Shown: positions 40,010 through 47,918, numbered from the stretch's first letter. The stretch: 62,447 nt of DNA from a virus (IMGVR_UViG_3300006919_000053:1-62447), one strand, 5' to 3'. The notes: generated by a model from the letters alone, not told the origin. A program made the numbers and translations.

Positions 40010-40483
40010 ATGAACTACAAGATTTACTGCGATATGGACGGAGTCCTCGCAAACTTCAACTACCAATTCGAGCGGGCTACCCGCCAAACTCCTAAGGAGT
40101 TCCTCAAGTCCAATAGCATGGAGGACTTCTGGAAAGTAACTGACGAGAACCTTAGCTTCTGGAGTAGAATGCCGATGATGCGTAACGCTCACATACTTTG
40201 GAACTACCTCGCTGACAAGAATGTAACACTCTTGACCACTCCATCTCCCAACGAGATTTCAAGAATTGGAAAGCGTATATGGAAGTCAAGGTATCTCAAA
40301 GGCAAACCTCAGATTATCTTCTCTGACTCAAAGCATGACTTTGCAAACTCGAGGACTATCCTAATCGATGACTTCAAGGTCAACCTCAACAAGTTCCGAA
40401 AGGCTGGCGGTATCGGTATCCGATGCTACAACGGGAACGCTACCGAAGTCGTAGAGCAACTCAAAGCGATACTCAATGACTAG
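40010..40483 (+). CDS. HAD-family 5'(3')-deoxyribonucleotidase-like protein
   Basis: KIYCDMDGVLANF (DxDGV), LLTTP, K, ILIDD motifs. Confidence 0.85.
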   Translation: MNYKIYCDMDGVLANFNYQFERATRQTPKEFLKSNSMEDFWKVTDENLSFWSRMPMMRNAHILWNYLADKNVTLLTTPSPNEISRIGKRIWKSRYLKGKPQIIFSDSKHDFANSRTILIDDFKVNLNKFRKAGGIGIRCYNGNATEVVEQLKAILND

Positions 40484-40625
40484 GGAAGTAAGACGACAAC
40501 TCGAGGGTCTAGCAGTATTATCCTACTACGTAATCAAAGCTGGAGTAATCATAGGAGCGGCAGTAACAGCTATCCTCCTCGCTGAAGCCTTAATGGTCTG
40601 GCTCACCATAAAGATATTCGGATAA
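40476..40625 (+). CDS. Small membrane protein, 49 aa
   Basis: Translated by hand: MTREVRRQLEGLAVLSYYVIKAGVIIGAAVTAILLAEALMVWLTIKIFG. Confidence 0.6.
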   Translation: MTREVRRQLEGLAVLSYYVIKAGVIIGAAVTAILLAEALMVWLTIKIFG

Positions 40626-40654
40626 GCAAATCCACTACGAGCCCAAATTGATAA
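40626..40654 (+). promoter_or_regulatory. Putative phage early promoter, copy 3
   Basis: GCAAATCCACTACGA-GCCCAAA-TTGATAA, upstream of 40684. Confidence 0.7.
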
Positions 40655-40683
40655 GTAAAGTGTAACAATTAAATTCAAATACT

Positions 40684-40923
40684 ATGCAAGTTTTAAAATC
40701 AAAGCGTTTCGTTATTCGCAAGTCCCTAATCGGGAAAGGTACAATCATCGAGTTCAAAGACTACGATGGCAAAGTGTGGAAGTATGACCACGACAAGGTC
40801 TACGAACTTAACAAGGAGCGGTTCGACAACATGCCGTCCTTCAACAAGTACAAGTCTTACACACAGACTTACAACATGCCCAAGTTCATACGGGCGCAAG
40901 CTGACGAGGTGCTGGTCGAATAG
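40684..40923 (+). CDS. Hypothetical early protein, paralog A
   Basis: 79 aa; 67/79 identical to 41689-41928. Confidence 0.85.
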   Translation: MQVLKSKRFVIRKSLIGKGTIIEFKDYDGKVWKYDHDKVYELNKERFDNMPSFNKYKSYTQTYNMPKFIRAQADEVLVE

Positions 40924-40969
40924 ACCGCCCTCAAACCTCAGCCCACTTGTTCAACTCTAATTAAACTAT

Positions 40970-41470
40970 ATGTATACTGTTATTGACTTGGAGACCACAG
41001 GACTCAACACAAAAACCTGTCGAATTATTGAGATTGCCATCTTTCACGTTGATGGCGACAAGGTAGAGAAAAAGCTTTCTACACTTGTCAACCCTAAGGT
41101 CTTCATCTCACCACTAATCCAACGCATCACGGGTATCAAGTACTACGATGCAATGAAAGCTCCAACGTTTAAGGAGATAGCTAACGATGTAAAGAAGTTG
41201 TTCAGAGGCAAAGTGTTTGTGGCTCACAACTCTAAGTATGACTACGAGGTCCTACGCAACGAGTTCTACCGCAATGGAATACCTTTCAGAAGAAAGCACT
41301 TGTGCACTCTCGAACTCTCTCGGGTAGCCTTTCCTAACCTTGGCTCTTACAAGTTGGGTAACCTTTGCGAGCAGTTAGGCATTGACCTAACCAACGCTCA
41401 CAGAGCAGAAGACGACGCCCACGCTACGGCTGTGTTACTACAACGCACCTTAGCGGAGGCTCCCTTCTAG
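40970..41470 (+). CDS. DEDDh 3'-5' exonuclease (DNA Pol III epsilon-like)
   Basis: IDLETTGL, FVAHNSKYD, AHRAEDDA. Confidence 0.92.
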   Translation: MYTVIDLETTGLNTKTCRIIEIAIFHVDGDKVEKKLSTLVNPKVFISPLIQRITGIKYYDAMKAPTFKEIANDVKKLFRGKVFVAHNSKYDYEVLRNEFYRNGIPFRRKHLCTLELSRVAFPNLGSYKLGNLCEQLGIDLTNAHRAEDDAHATAVLLQRTLAEAPF

Positions 41471-41628
41471 TCCTCACACCCTTCGGGTGTATAGCAACAT
41501 AAAACTGTATAGCATATCAAGTAAAGTAAAGTATAGCGCAGCGTGTATAGCATATTATCAAACAGTAAAGTATAGGGCCGCGAAGCGGCGCGTGTATAGC
41601 ATACTACACTTTTCTACACTACCCTAGA

Positions 41629-41657
41629 GCAAATCCGCTACGAACTATTTTTGATAA
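41629..41657 (+). promoter_or_regulatory. Putative phage early promoter, copy 4
   Basis: GCAAATCCGCTACGA-ACTATTT-TTGATAA, upstream of 41689. Confidence 0.7.
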
Positions 41658-41688
41658 TTATGGCGTAACCCAAATAAAGCAACACACT

Positions 41689-41928
41689 ATGGAAAACTTA
41701 AAAAGTAAAAGATTCGTAATTCGCAAATCACTAATTGGCAAAGGAGTAGTAATTGAGTTCAAGGACTATGATGGGAAGCTATGGAAATATGACCATGACA
41801 AAGTTTACGAGGCATGTAAAGAACGTTTCGATAACCTACCATCGTTCAACAAGTATAAATCCTATACTCAAACTTACAATATGCCAAAGTTTGTAAGAGC
41901 GTTAGGGGATGAAGTCCTAGTACCGTAA
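41689..41928 (+). CDS. Hypothetical early protein, paralog B
   Basis: 79 aa; paralog of 40684-40923. Confidence 0.85.
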   Translation: MENLKSKRFVIRKSLIGKGVVIEFKDYDGKLWKYDHDKVYEACKERFDNLPSFNKYKSYTQTYNMPKFVRALGDEVLVP

Positions 41929-42095
41929 GGTACAGGGCTCTCCTCTCCCCCGAGGGGGTGTATAGCAACTGTATAGCATAGTAAAGTAAAGAAGAGTGTA
42001 ACAACCAAAAGTAACATAATTTCAGACAGCCGACGTAAAACGTGTATAGCATATCCCAGAATAGTAAACCATAGTGTAAGTAACCGCAAAAAACA

Positions 42096-42138
42096 TGACA
42101 ATAGCCCTATATAATATATATATAACACCCTAATGTCA
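42096..42138. promoter_or_regulatory. 43-bp inverted-repeat site, copy 2
   Basis: TGACAATAG-CCCTATATAATATATATATAACACC-CTAATGTCA. Confidence 0.8.
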
Positions 42139-42278
42139 GGTTTTTATTCGATGTCTTTGATGTGTAGAGATGGGGTAACACCCCTCTTCTTTCTAAAAAC
42201 TATAAACAAACCATACCTTTTTTCAACATACTGTTAGGAATATAACAAGCTGTTTAACTGCTAACAATATTTATCCAG

Positions 42279-42307
42279 GCAAATTCGGTACGAGCTGATT
42301 TTGATAA
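42279..42307 (+). promoter_or_regulatory. Putative phage early promoter, copy 5
   Basis: GCAAATTCGGTACGA-GCTGATT-TTGATAA, upstream of 42338. Confidence 0.7.
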
Positions 42308-42337
42308 ATACTCTGAACGCAATAATTAACACATAGT

Positions 42338-42589
42338 ATGAATAACCCGATAGTAGATGAACCGATGTATAGAGCTAAGATGCGAGTTGACACGTATCAT
42401 AACCTACCAACCTTACGAATTGGTCGTAACAAGTTTTATGGCTTTCGCATAGGGAGAGTACCGCGTAAGTTTCATGATACCACTCGTAAACTCCATTATA
42501 CTTGGTTCACCTACAAGGGTTATATCTTTATCGACTCTTATGCGGTCAGTAAAACAGATATTAACTTAGCCTTAGATAGAAAATATTAG
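42338..42589 (+). CDS. Hypothetical early protein
   Basis: 83-aa ORF after a promoter motif. Confidence 0.7.
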   Translation: MNNPIVDEPMYRAKMRVDTYHNLPTLRIGRNKFYGFRIGRVPRKFHDTTRKLHYTWFTYKGYIFIDSYAVSKTDINLALDRKY

Positions 42590-42590
42590 T

Positions 42591-42821
42591 ATGAGTAGAC
42601 AATTTTTAACAGTACTTTGCGAAAAGATTGGAACAGTACACCAGTATGAATTACCAGAGTTAGAAGATGGTAAGCGATATGAGCAGTTATGCGATGAGAT
42701 ATTTGATTTTATGTACCTTCGCGGTTTTAAGTCTGGGAGCACCGTATGGATGGTTCATGACAAAGAGGGTATGTTTTTCCACAGGGACAATAGAGTTAAC
42801 TTTTTAAAAGAAGGATTATAA
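42591..42821 (+). CDS. Hypothetical early protein
   Basis: 76 aa, operon packing. Confidence 0.7.
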   Translation: MSRQFLTVLCEKIGTVHQYELPELEDGKRYEQLCDEIFDFMYLRGFKSGSTVWMVHDKEGMFFHRDNRVNFLKEGL

Positions 42822-43072
42822 TGGCAAAGTATGTTGACAATCCCGCAGTTCAATGGAGTGGCTTAGACATAGAGGCATTCATTGACCCAATCCTTGAGCC
42901 GACTAAGGAGCAATCCGAAAAACTACAAGATTATTTTGACAACCAAATGGAGAATGTTGTTGAGTCTTATAGAGATGACATTATTGAGTTTATCAATCTC
43001 AAGATTCAAGACTACATCTATTACAACAAGAAGCAAATCACACAAGAAATTAACTCAATCCTTAACACCTAA
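42821..43072 (+). CDS. Hypothetical early protein (acidic)
   Basis: 83 aa, TAATG coupling. Confidence 0.7.
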   Translation: MAKYVDNPAVQWSGLDIEAFIDPILEPTKEQSEKLQDYFDNQMENVVESYRDDIIEFINLKIQDYIYYNKKQITQEINSILNT

Positions 43073-43078
43073 ATTATT

Positions 43079-43282
43079 ATGAGAGTAAGAGAGTTATTAA
43101 TGAGAATATATGGACCAGACTACGACCCAGACATGAAGGTTACGTTTTACAGAAGAGCTGATGATGATAGCCATCAAGATGGAGTAGTCAGTATGACAAA
43201 AGTAGATGACCAAGATGTTCATGTACGATACTTTGAAGGGTCAGAAAAATTAGAAAAAACTTTAGAAATAATATTAACATGA
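43079..43282 (+). CDS. Hypothetical early protein
   Basis: 67 aa, operon packing. Confidence 0.65.
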   Translation: MRVRELLMRIYGPDYDPDMKVTFYRRADDDSHQDGVVSMTKVDDQDVHVRYFEGSEKLEKTLEIILT

Positions 43283-43554
43283 AACTAGTAAAAGAATCAA
43301 TAGAAGCCACAATAGTGGATTACTGTATCCACATTGAACACAATGGTAATATTTACCAAGTAGTTTTCGAGTACTACCTCCATTCAGACGACTACGATAA
43401 TATGGAAGTCATAATTAATGACCCCCCTTTACATGAGTTACCTGAAAAAGAGGTTGATGAAGTAAAAAAGTATGCACTACAAGTTTGGAAAAATACAGAC
43501 TTATTCATATACATGAACCCCGAGTTAATTAAAAGAAAATATTTTAACCAATGA
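43279..43554 (+). CDS. Hypothetical early protein
   Basis: 91 aa, ATGA coupling. Confidence 0.7.
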   Translation: MKLVKESIEATIVDYCIHIEHNGNIYQVVFEYYLHSDDYDNMEVIINDPPLHELPEKEVDEVKKYALQVWKNTDLFIYMNPELIKRKYFNQ

Positions 43555-43805
43555 CAGTATACACCCTACATTTACCAGAGGACAAGTCTGTTGAGATAAA
43601 TCAGCTTAATAGAGATGGCAACCTAAGATATTGCACATACTACGTAGTATCTCACGATGGAACACAAGTTGAGTTAGAGTACGCTCCTTATGTTGCTGTC
43701 GAAGAAGATGCAGACCAGATTCAAGACCTTGAACTACTTGGCTCTTTGCTCGGGTATAGGGAGTATGAGTATACCATAACTCAGCGTGAGGTATGCTTAA
43801 ATTAA
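43551..43805 (+). CDS. Hypothetical early protein
   Basis: 84 aa, ATGA coupling. Confidence 0.7.
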   Translation: MTVYTLHLPEDKSVEINQLNRDGNLRYCTYYVVSHDGTQVELEYAPYVAVEEDADQIQDLELLGSLLGYREYEYTITQREVCLN

Positions 43806-43828
43806 TAAAGGCTTTTATTTACGGGGAG

Positions 43829-43945
43829 ATGAAAATACGCGTGAAGGGCTACAACATAGAGGTTTTTCGCATCGTCGCTATCCTCTTATATTTGTGGTGT
43901 TGTTACCACGTATGGACTAACTATATGATAATAACTAAAAACTAA
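43829..43945 (+). CDS. Possible small membrane peptide, 38 aa
   Basis: Translated by hand: MKIRVKGYNIEVFRIVAILLYLWCCYHVWTNYMIITKN; fills the gap. Confidence 0.45.
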   Translation: MKIRVKGYNIEVFRIVAILLYLWCCYHVWTNYMIITKN

Positions 43946-43955
43946 AGTAAAAACT

Positions 43956-44216
43956 ATGAACATCATTGAAGAATTAGGCATCGCTCCTTATGACGAAGGA
44001 GGATTAGTAGCAAACGCATACACAGGAAGTACTTGTATGCTAACAGCAGAGGAACTTGCAGTCTATGATTTTATTATAGGTGCAGAACAGACCCTTATGT
44101 ACGACTCAAAAGATATGGACGAGAACACAGTCTATAAACTAAGAACAGACTTTCACAGAGGATTAAACTGGTTTAAGCAGACTAACGCCAGAGTTTACAT
44201 GGAATTATTAGATTGA
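43956..44216 (+). CDS. Hypothetical early protein
   Basis: 86 aa; NAYTG...LTAEELAVYDFIIGAE...GLNWF...YMELLD. Confidence 0.75.
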   Translation: MNIIEELGIAPYDEGGLVANAYTGSTCMLTAEELAVYDFIIGAEQTLMYDSKDMDENTVYKLRTDFHRGLNWFKQTNARVYMELLD

Positions 44217-44217
44217 T

Positions 44218-44466
44218 ATGATAGAGATAAAAGTAAATAAATCAGCAAGACAACAGCAAGTTAGGAACTTCTTGGGCAACACTATTATTATGGCTCAAGA
44301 TGTAGCCGACAGAGGAAGGGATAGGTTTCGTATGAGATACCCTCGTAACATTGGAATAGGACCTCGAGAACTTGTAGAGATGGTTGAGAAAGAAACAAAC
44401 AGCACAGTCTACGGAGGATACAAGTGTATCAACGATGGATTTATAACTTTCAACATCAGAAGCTAA
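44218..44466 (+). CDS. Hypothetical early protein
   Basis: 82 aa, operon packing. Confidence 0.7.
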   Translation: MIEIKVNKSARQQQVRNFLGNTIIMAQDVADRGRDRFRMRYPRNIGIGPRELVEMVEKETNSTVYGGYKCINDGFITFNIRS

Positions 44467-44585
44467 TGAGAAGGTTGGTAATCCAAGTAGACATGGAAGG
44501 GCAAGATAAACCCACTAATGTAGATATAAAAGAATTTTTAGCAAATCTACCTAAGTATATTAACAACGACAAGACGCTATCCTAA
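44466..44585 (+). CDS. Small hypothetical protein, 39 aa
   Basis: Translated by hand: MRRLVIQVDMEGQDKPTNVDIKEFLANLPKYINNDKTLS; TAATG coupling. Confidence 0.5.
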   Translation: MRRLVIQVDMEGQDKPTNVDIKEFLANLPKYINNDKTLS

Positions 44586-44614
44586 GCAAATTCGGTACGA
44601 CTGAATTTTGATAA
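44586..44614 (+). promoter_or_regulatory. Putative phage early promoter, copy 6
   Basis: GCAAATTCGGTACGA-CTGAATT-TTGATAA, upstream of 44642. Confidence 0.7.
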
Positions 44615-44641
44615 TTATGTAAATATGAAATTCAGCCAACG

Positions 44642-44764
44642 ATGAAACGCATTATAGTAACACTTGAAGAGAGAAAGATGGCAACGAGAGTTCCGCCACC
44701 TTTTAGAAATAAAAAAAAGTATAACAGAAAAACTAAACATAAAAAGAATGATAGCAGTATTTAA
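44642..44764 (+). CDS. ArfA-like basic peptide, 40 aa
   Basis: Translated by hand: MKRIIVTLEERKMATRVPPPFRNKKKYNRKTKHKKNDSSI; first ORF after promoter copy 6. Confidence 0.6.
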   Translation: MKRIIVTLEERKMATRVPPPFRNKKKYNRKTKHKKNDSSI

Positions 44765-45110
44765 ATCTCCAAACGAGCAAGAACTTATGGAAAAACTTGA
44801 GGTAGGTAGCCACAGGGTTAACACTTTTATCGATGTAGATTACTTCGACTTGGTTAAAGCCTTCGGTCAGCCTTCTTTACCCAAAGAGTCTCCAGATGGT
44901 AAGGTCCAAAAAGAATGGATACTTGAGCATAATGGGAACATATACACCATCTATGATTGGAAGACTGGTTCCGAGGAGTTCACCACACAAGAGCTTACCG
45001 CTTGGAATGTAGGTGGTACAAATGCGTCTTTAAATTTCTTTGTAGAACTAAAGTCGTATTTACCACCATCTGCTTCATTCGTATTTAATTGGGACAAAGA
45101 TGATAAGTAA
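44748..45110 (+). CDS. Hypothetical phage protein (probable start MIAVFK at 44748)
   Basis: LVKAFGQP...DGKVQKEW...TIYDWK...WNVGG. Confidence 0.75.
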   Translation: MIAVFKSPNEQELMEKLEVGSHRVNTFIDVDYFDLVKAFGQPSLPKESPDGKVQKEWILEHNGNIYTIYDWKTGSEEFTTQELTAWNVGGTNASLNFFVELKSYLPPSASFVFNWDKDDK

Positions 45111-45324
45111 AAACACAGAGCCAAGAGAACCAGGAGAGTTTCTCTGGGCAGATAAAATGCTTGTTCGCTCTACCTTTATGGAGATATACACAGAGATGGA
45201 CAAGTTTTATTACAAACTAATACAAGAAGGCAGACAAGACAAAGAAGTTTATTTAATGCTTGACGACATAGCTAATAAATTGGCAGTAACATTACACGAA
45301 ATAGATAAAAAAGATTATATATGA
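45100..45324 (+). CDS. Hypothetical protein
   Basis: 74 aa, overlapping operon packing. Confidence 0.65.
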   Translation: MISKNTEPREPGEFLWADKMLVRSTFMEIYTEMDKFYYKLIQEGRQDKEVYLMLDDIANKLAVTLHEIDKKDYI

Positions 45325-45542
45325 CAACACCAAACTTTAACGTAGAAGACACTACACAACTTGAACAAGACTTTAAAAAACTAGACACTTTTGTTACAAA
45401 GAAAGATTGTATGGAAGCTATTGACTATCTACACGGAATGGGTATGATTGAGAATATGAGAAGTGACGAAGCACACTATACAATGATTCTAATAAAGAAA
45501 GTAGCAAGAATATACAAAACTAATTTATGGGTACCAAAGTAA
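45321..45542 (+). CDS. Hypothetical protein
   Basis: 73 aa, ATGA coupling. Confidence 0.7.
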   Translation: MTTPNFNVEDTTQLEQDFKKLDTFVTKKDCMEAIDYLHGMGMIENMRSDEAHYTMILIKKVARIYKTNLWVPK

Positions 45543-46006
45543 TGACAACAGCAGAAAAAGTAGATGCAATACAGAAACTATGGGATTGCAAGTTTGAGAT
45601 TGGAGACTTAAATGACCACTACGTAGACCCTTTCTACAGAAGAAGACCAGACTACTTTGTATGGAGAACAGAAACGGCAGATGGATACTACTGCTATGTG
45701 CTGAAAGATGGGTACAACGATGACATAAATCCAACAACAGAGCTTTATACTGAAGATGGTGCAGAGGACTTGAAAGATGAAATCAGACAATGTCTTGAGA
45801 GTGGTAACATGGTTAAGATGGATGATTCTATTGCATCAGACCTTGAGATGGAAACAAACGATGAGTCAGAGTGGACTAGCGATGAGTTCTGGGTAGACCT
45901 ATACGATGAGTTAGTTGACAATGGAGACATCGAAGAGGAAGATGAGGATGAAGATGAATACTTGTTTTTCGAAGAAGCTAAAATAAAAAAAGAAGATAAC
46001 CAATGA
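45542..46006 (+). CDS. Highly acidic hypothetical protein
   Basis: D/E-rich throughout, EEEDEDEDE tail; TAATG coupling gives the start at 45542. Confidence 0.75.
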   Translation: MTTAEKVDAIQKLWDCKFEIGDLNDHYVDPFYRRRPDYFVWRTETADGYYCYVLKDGYNDDINPTTELYTEDGAEDLKDEIRQCLESGNMVKMDDSIASDLEMETNDESEWTSDEFWVDLYDELVDNGDIEEEDEDEDEYLFFEEAKIKKEDNQ

Positions 46007-46314
46007 TAGTAAGACCAGTTTACAAATACGACTTTGTTGACTCTCCAGCGTTGCGTGATAGCTTCACTTATGCTGGTAGAAATGCTCTTTATGATATGTT
46101 CGAGGCTATGTCAGAAGACTGGGGTCAAGATTATCATTTTGACCCTATCGCTATTCGCTGTTCTTACAGTGAGTATGAAGACCTTGAGGAAATACAAGCA
46201 GACTATCCTCAAATCAAGGATATGGAAGACCTAAAAAGCCATACAGACGTGTGGGAGTATAAGATGGAGTTTATAGATAGAACAGAAAAAGGTATAATAA
46301 TACAACAATTTTAA
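46003..46314 (+). CDS. Hypothetical phage protein
   Basis: 103 aa; FTYAGRNALYD...FDPIAIRCSYSEY. Confidence 0.75.
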   Translation: MIVRPVYKYDFVDSPALRDSFTYAGRNALYDMFEAMSEDWGQDYHFDPIAIRCSYSEYEDLEEIQADYPQIKDMEDLKSHTDVWEYKMEFIDRTEKGIIIQQF

Positions 46315-46316
46315 GT

Positions 46317-46634
46317 ATGGGATATAGATCACAAGTATGGGTTGGTATACACGATAACTACCGACAAGATTTTAAAATATTAGAGAAAGAATACGGAGAG
46401 ATTTTTTACAGAAAAGGTAGATGTAAAACAAACAAGGTTACTATCTACAAAACAAGATGGGACACTAAATGGTACAGCGAATGTGAGCCAGTATCTTCTT
46501 ACGAGGATATTATCAAGGCAGACACAAACAGGAACTGGATACTCGCCATAGGTGAGGATAATGCAGTCCACACTGACCTTGGAGATTGGTGGGATTACAT
46601 TGAAATGGAAATGAAAGTAAGTTTAATAGATTAA
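46317..46634 (+). CDS. Hypothetical phage protein
   Basis: 105 aa; MGYRSQV...WDTKWY...IGED. Confidence 0.75.
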   Translation: MGYRSQVWVGIHDNYRQDFKILEKEYGEIFYRKGRCKTNKVTIYKTRWDTKWYSECEPVSSYEDIIKADTNRNWILAIGEDNAVHTDLGDWWDYIEMEMKVSLID

Positions 46635-46635
46635 C

Positions 46636-47220
46636 ATGGCAAATCACTGTTGGAATACAATGTCAATCACTCAGTATAAAGAGGATGACAAACAAAAAAT
46701 AATAGACTTTTTCAAGTCTTATGAGAACTATGACTACCTAACTCACTGGGGCGACTCTTTGCTTAAACCAGAAGACAGAACAGTTGGAGAAATTACATAC
46801 GATAACTGCTACAAGTGGGGTTCAAGATGGTGGGATTTTAAATTAGATGTAGGAGATAATTACATTGAAATCGATGGGGACTCAGCTTGGTCACCTATGT
46901 GTGAGCTTGCCTCTCTAATATCAGAGGTTTTTGACTGCCATGTAAACCTTGACTACAATGAACCTGGAATGGACTTTGCTGGTATCGAGGACTACAAAAG
47001 TGGAAATACATTAGAAATACAAGAGTTTACATACAGAGAGTATGAGTATAAGTTTATGGACTCACACTACCATGTTCAGAAAATTATCGAAGACCTAAGA
47101 GATGGTTATTATGAAGGCGAAACCCTTGAGGATTTCCTTCAATCAGTATCATACCTTAACAAATCTGACAAAGATGAGGTGCAGAAAGAGTTTGCAAAAC
47201 AATTAAAAATAAATACATAA
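46636..47220 (+). CDS. YubB/DUF1281-like ferredoxin-fold protein
   Basis: MANHCWN..., KWGSRW, DSAWSP, YNEPGMDFAG motifs. Confidence 0.7.
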   Translation: MANHCWNTMSITQYKEDDKQKIIDFFKSYENYDYLTHWGDSLLKPEDRTVGEITYDNCYKWGSRWWDFKLDVGDNYIEIDGDSAWSPMCELASLISEVFDCHVNLDYNEPGMDFAGIEDYKSGNTLEIQEFTYREYEYKFMDSHYHVQKIIEDLRDGYYEGETLEDFLQSVSYLNKSDKDEVQKEFAKQLKINT

Positions 47221-47248
47221 TCAATTAACTTTTATTAACTTTACAACT

Positions 47249-47911
47249 ATGAGACAAAAATCAGACAGAATGAATTTCAAATTACACTTTGCATGTTCAA
47301 AAGATGACCTAAGACCATCTATGACACAAGTGTACGTAACCAAAGAGAACATTGTAGCTACCGATGCTAACATCTTAGCTGTTGTTCCAACAAAAGACGT
47401 ATTCGATGACCCATCTATCGAGTTATTACCAGAAGAGGGATTGTACATCGACTCAAACGACTGGAAAAAATTAGTAGGAGCGTATCAAGTGATTTACAAC
47501 GGAGAGTTTGTTGTAGCATTCTTCCCCCGCAAGAGTGAGGCACACGTTAGACCTCGCACCATTGAGGACGTAGGTAACTACCCACAGTGGGAGCAAATCG
47601 TACCTGACACATCTAAGTTCGACTCTGTTGGTCGAATCGGATTGAACCCCAAGATGTTATACAACTTGCACCAAGCTCTCGACGTTCCTACATTCAAATT
47701 AGAGTTCTCTGGTGATAACAAGCCAGTAGCCGTAGCTATGCCAGATGACACCTACGCCACTTCTGGTAACCAGTACGGTATCATCATGCCCTTACTCATC
47801 CAAGATAACAATGAGGAGGATTTAGAGGGCAACGGTGATGAGGACCAAGATGTATCTTACTCTTCAGAAGAAGTAGAAGTTACAGACGAGGTTCAAGCAG
47901 TAATCAACTAA
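47249..47911 (+). CDS. DNA Pol III beta-clamp-like protein (two domains)
   Basis: FACSKDDLRPSMTQV, VATDANILA, GNYPQWEQIVP, IGLNPKML, YGIIMPL match DnaN central and C-terminal domains. Confidence 0.75.
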   Translation: MRQKSDRMNFKLHFACSKDDLRPSMTQVYVTKENIVATDANILAVVPTKDVFDDPSIELLPEEGLYIDSNDWKKLVGAYQVIYNGEFVVAFFPRKSEAHVRPRTIEDVGNYPQWEQIVPDTSKFDSVGRIGLNPKMLYNLHQALDVPTFKLEFSGDNKPVAVAMPDDTYATSGNQYGIIMPLLIQDNNEEDLEGNGDEDQDVSYSSEEVEVTDEVQAVIN

Positions 47912-47918
47912 TTAATAT

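Larger units (their letters stand above)
41476..42051 (+). repeat. Field of TGTATAGCA repeats with short GC hairpins, in two blocks flanking paralog B
   Basis: Perfect TGTATAGCA at 41488, 41506, 41544, 41593, 41959, 41970 and 42043; GTAAAGTAAAG twice. Confidence 0.85.

Noticed and set aside
41476-42051. CRISPR mini-array
   Set aside because: Repeats are only 9-11 nt, spacing is irregular and there are no cas genes
39877-44614. Integron attC sites or CRISPR repeats for the six-copy motif
   Set aside because: No palindromic R/L boxes, no integrase, and a fixed short distance to downstream ATGs; a promoter fits better
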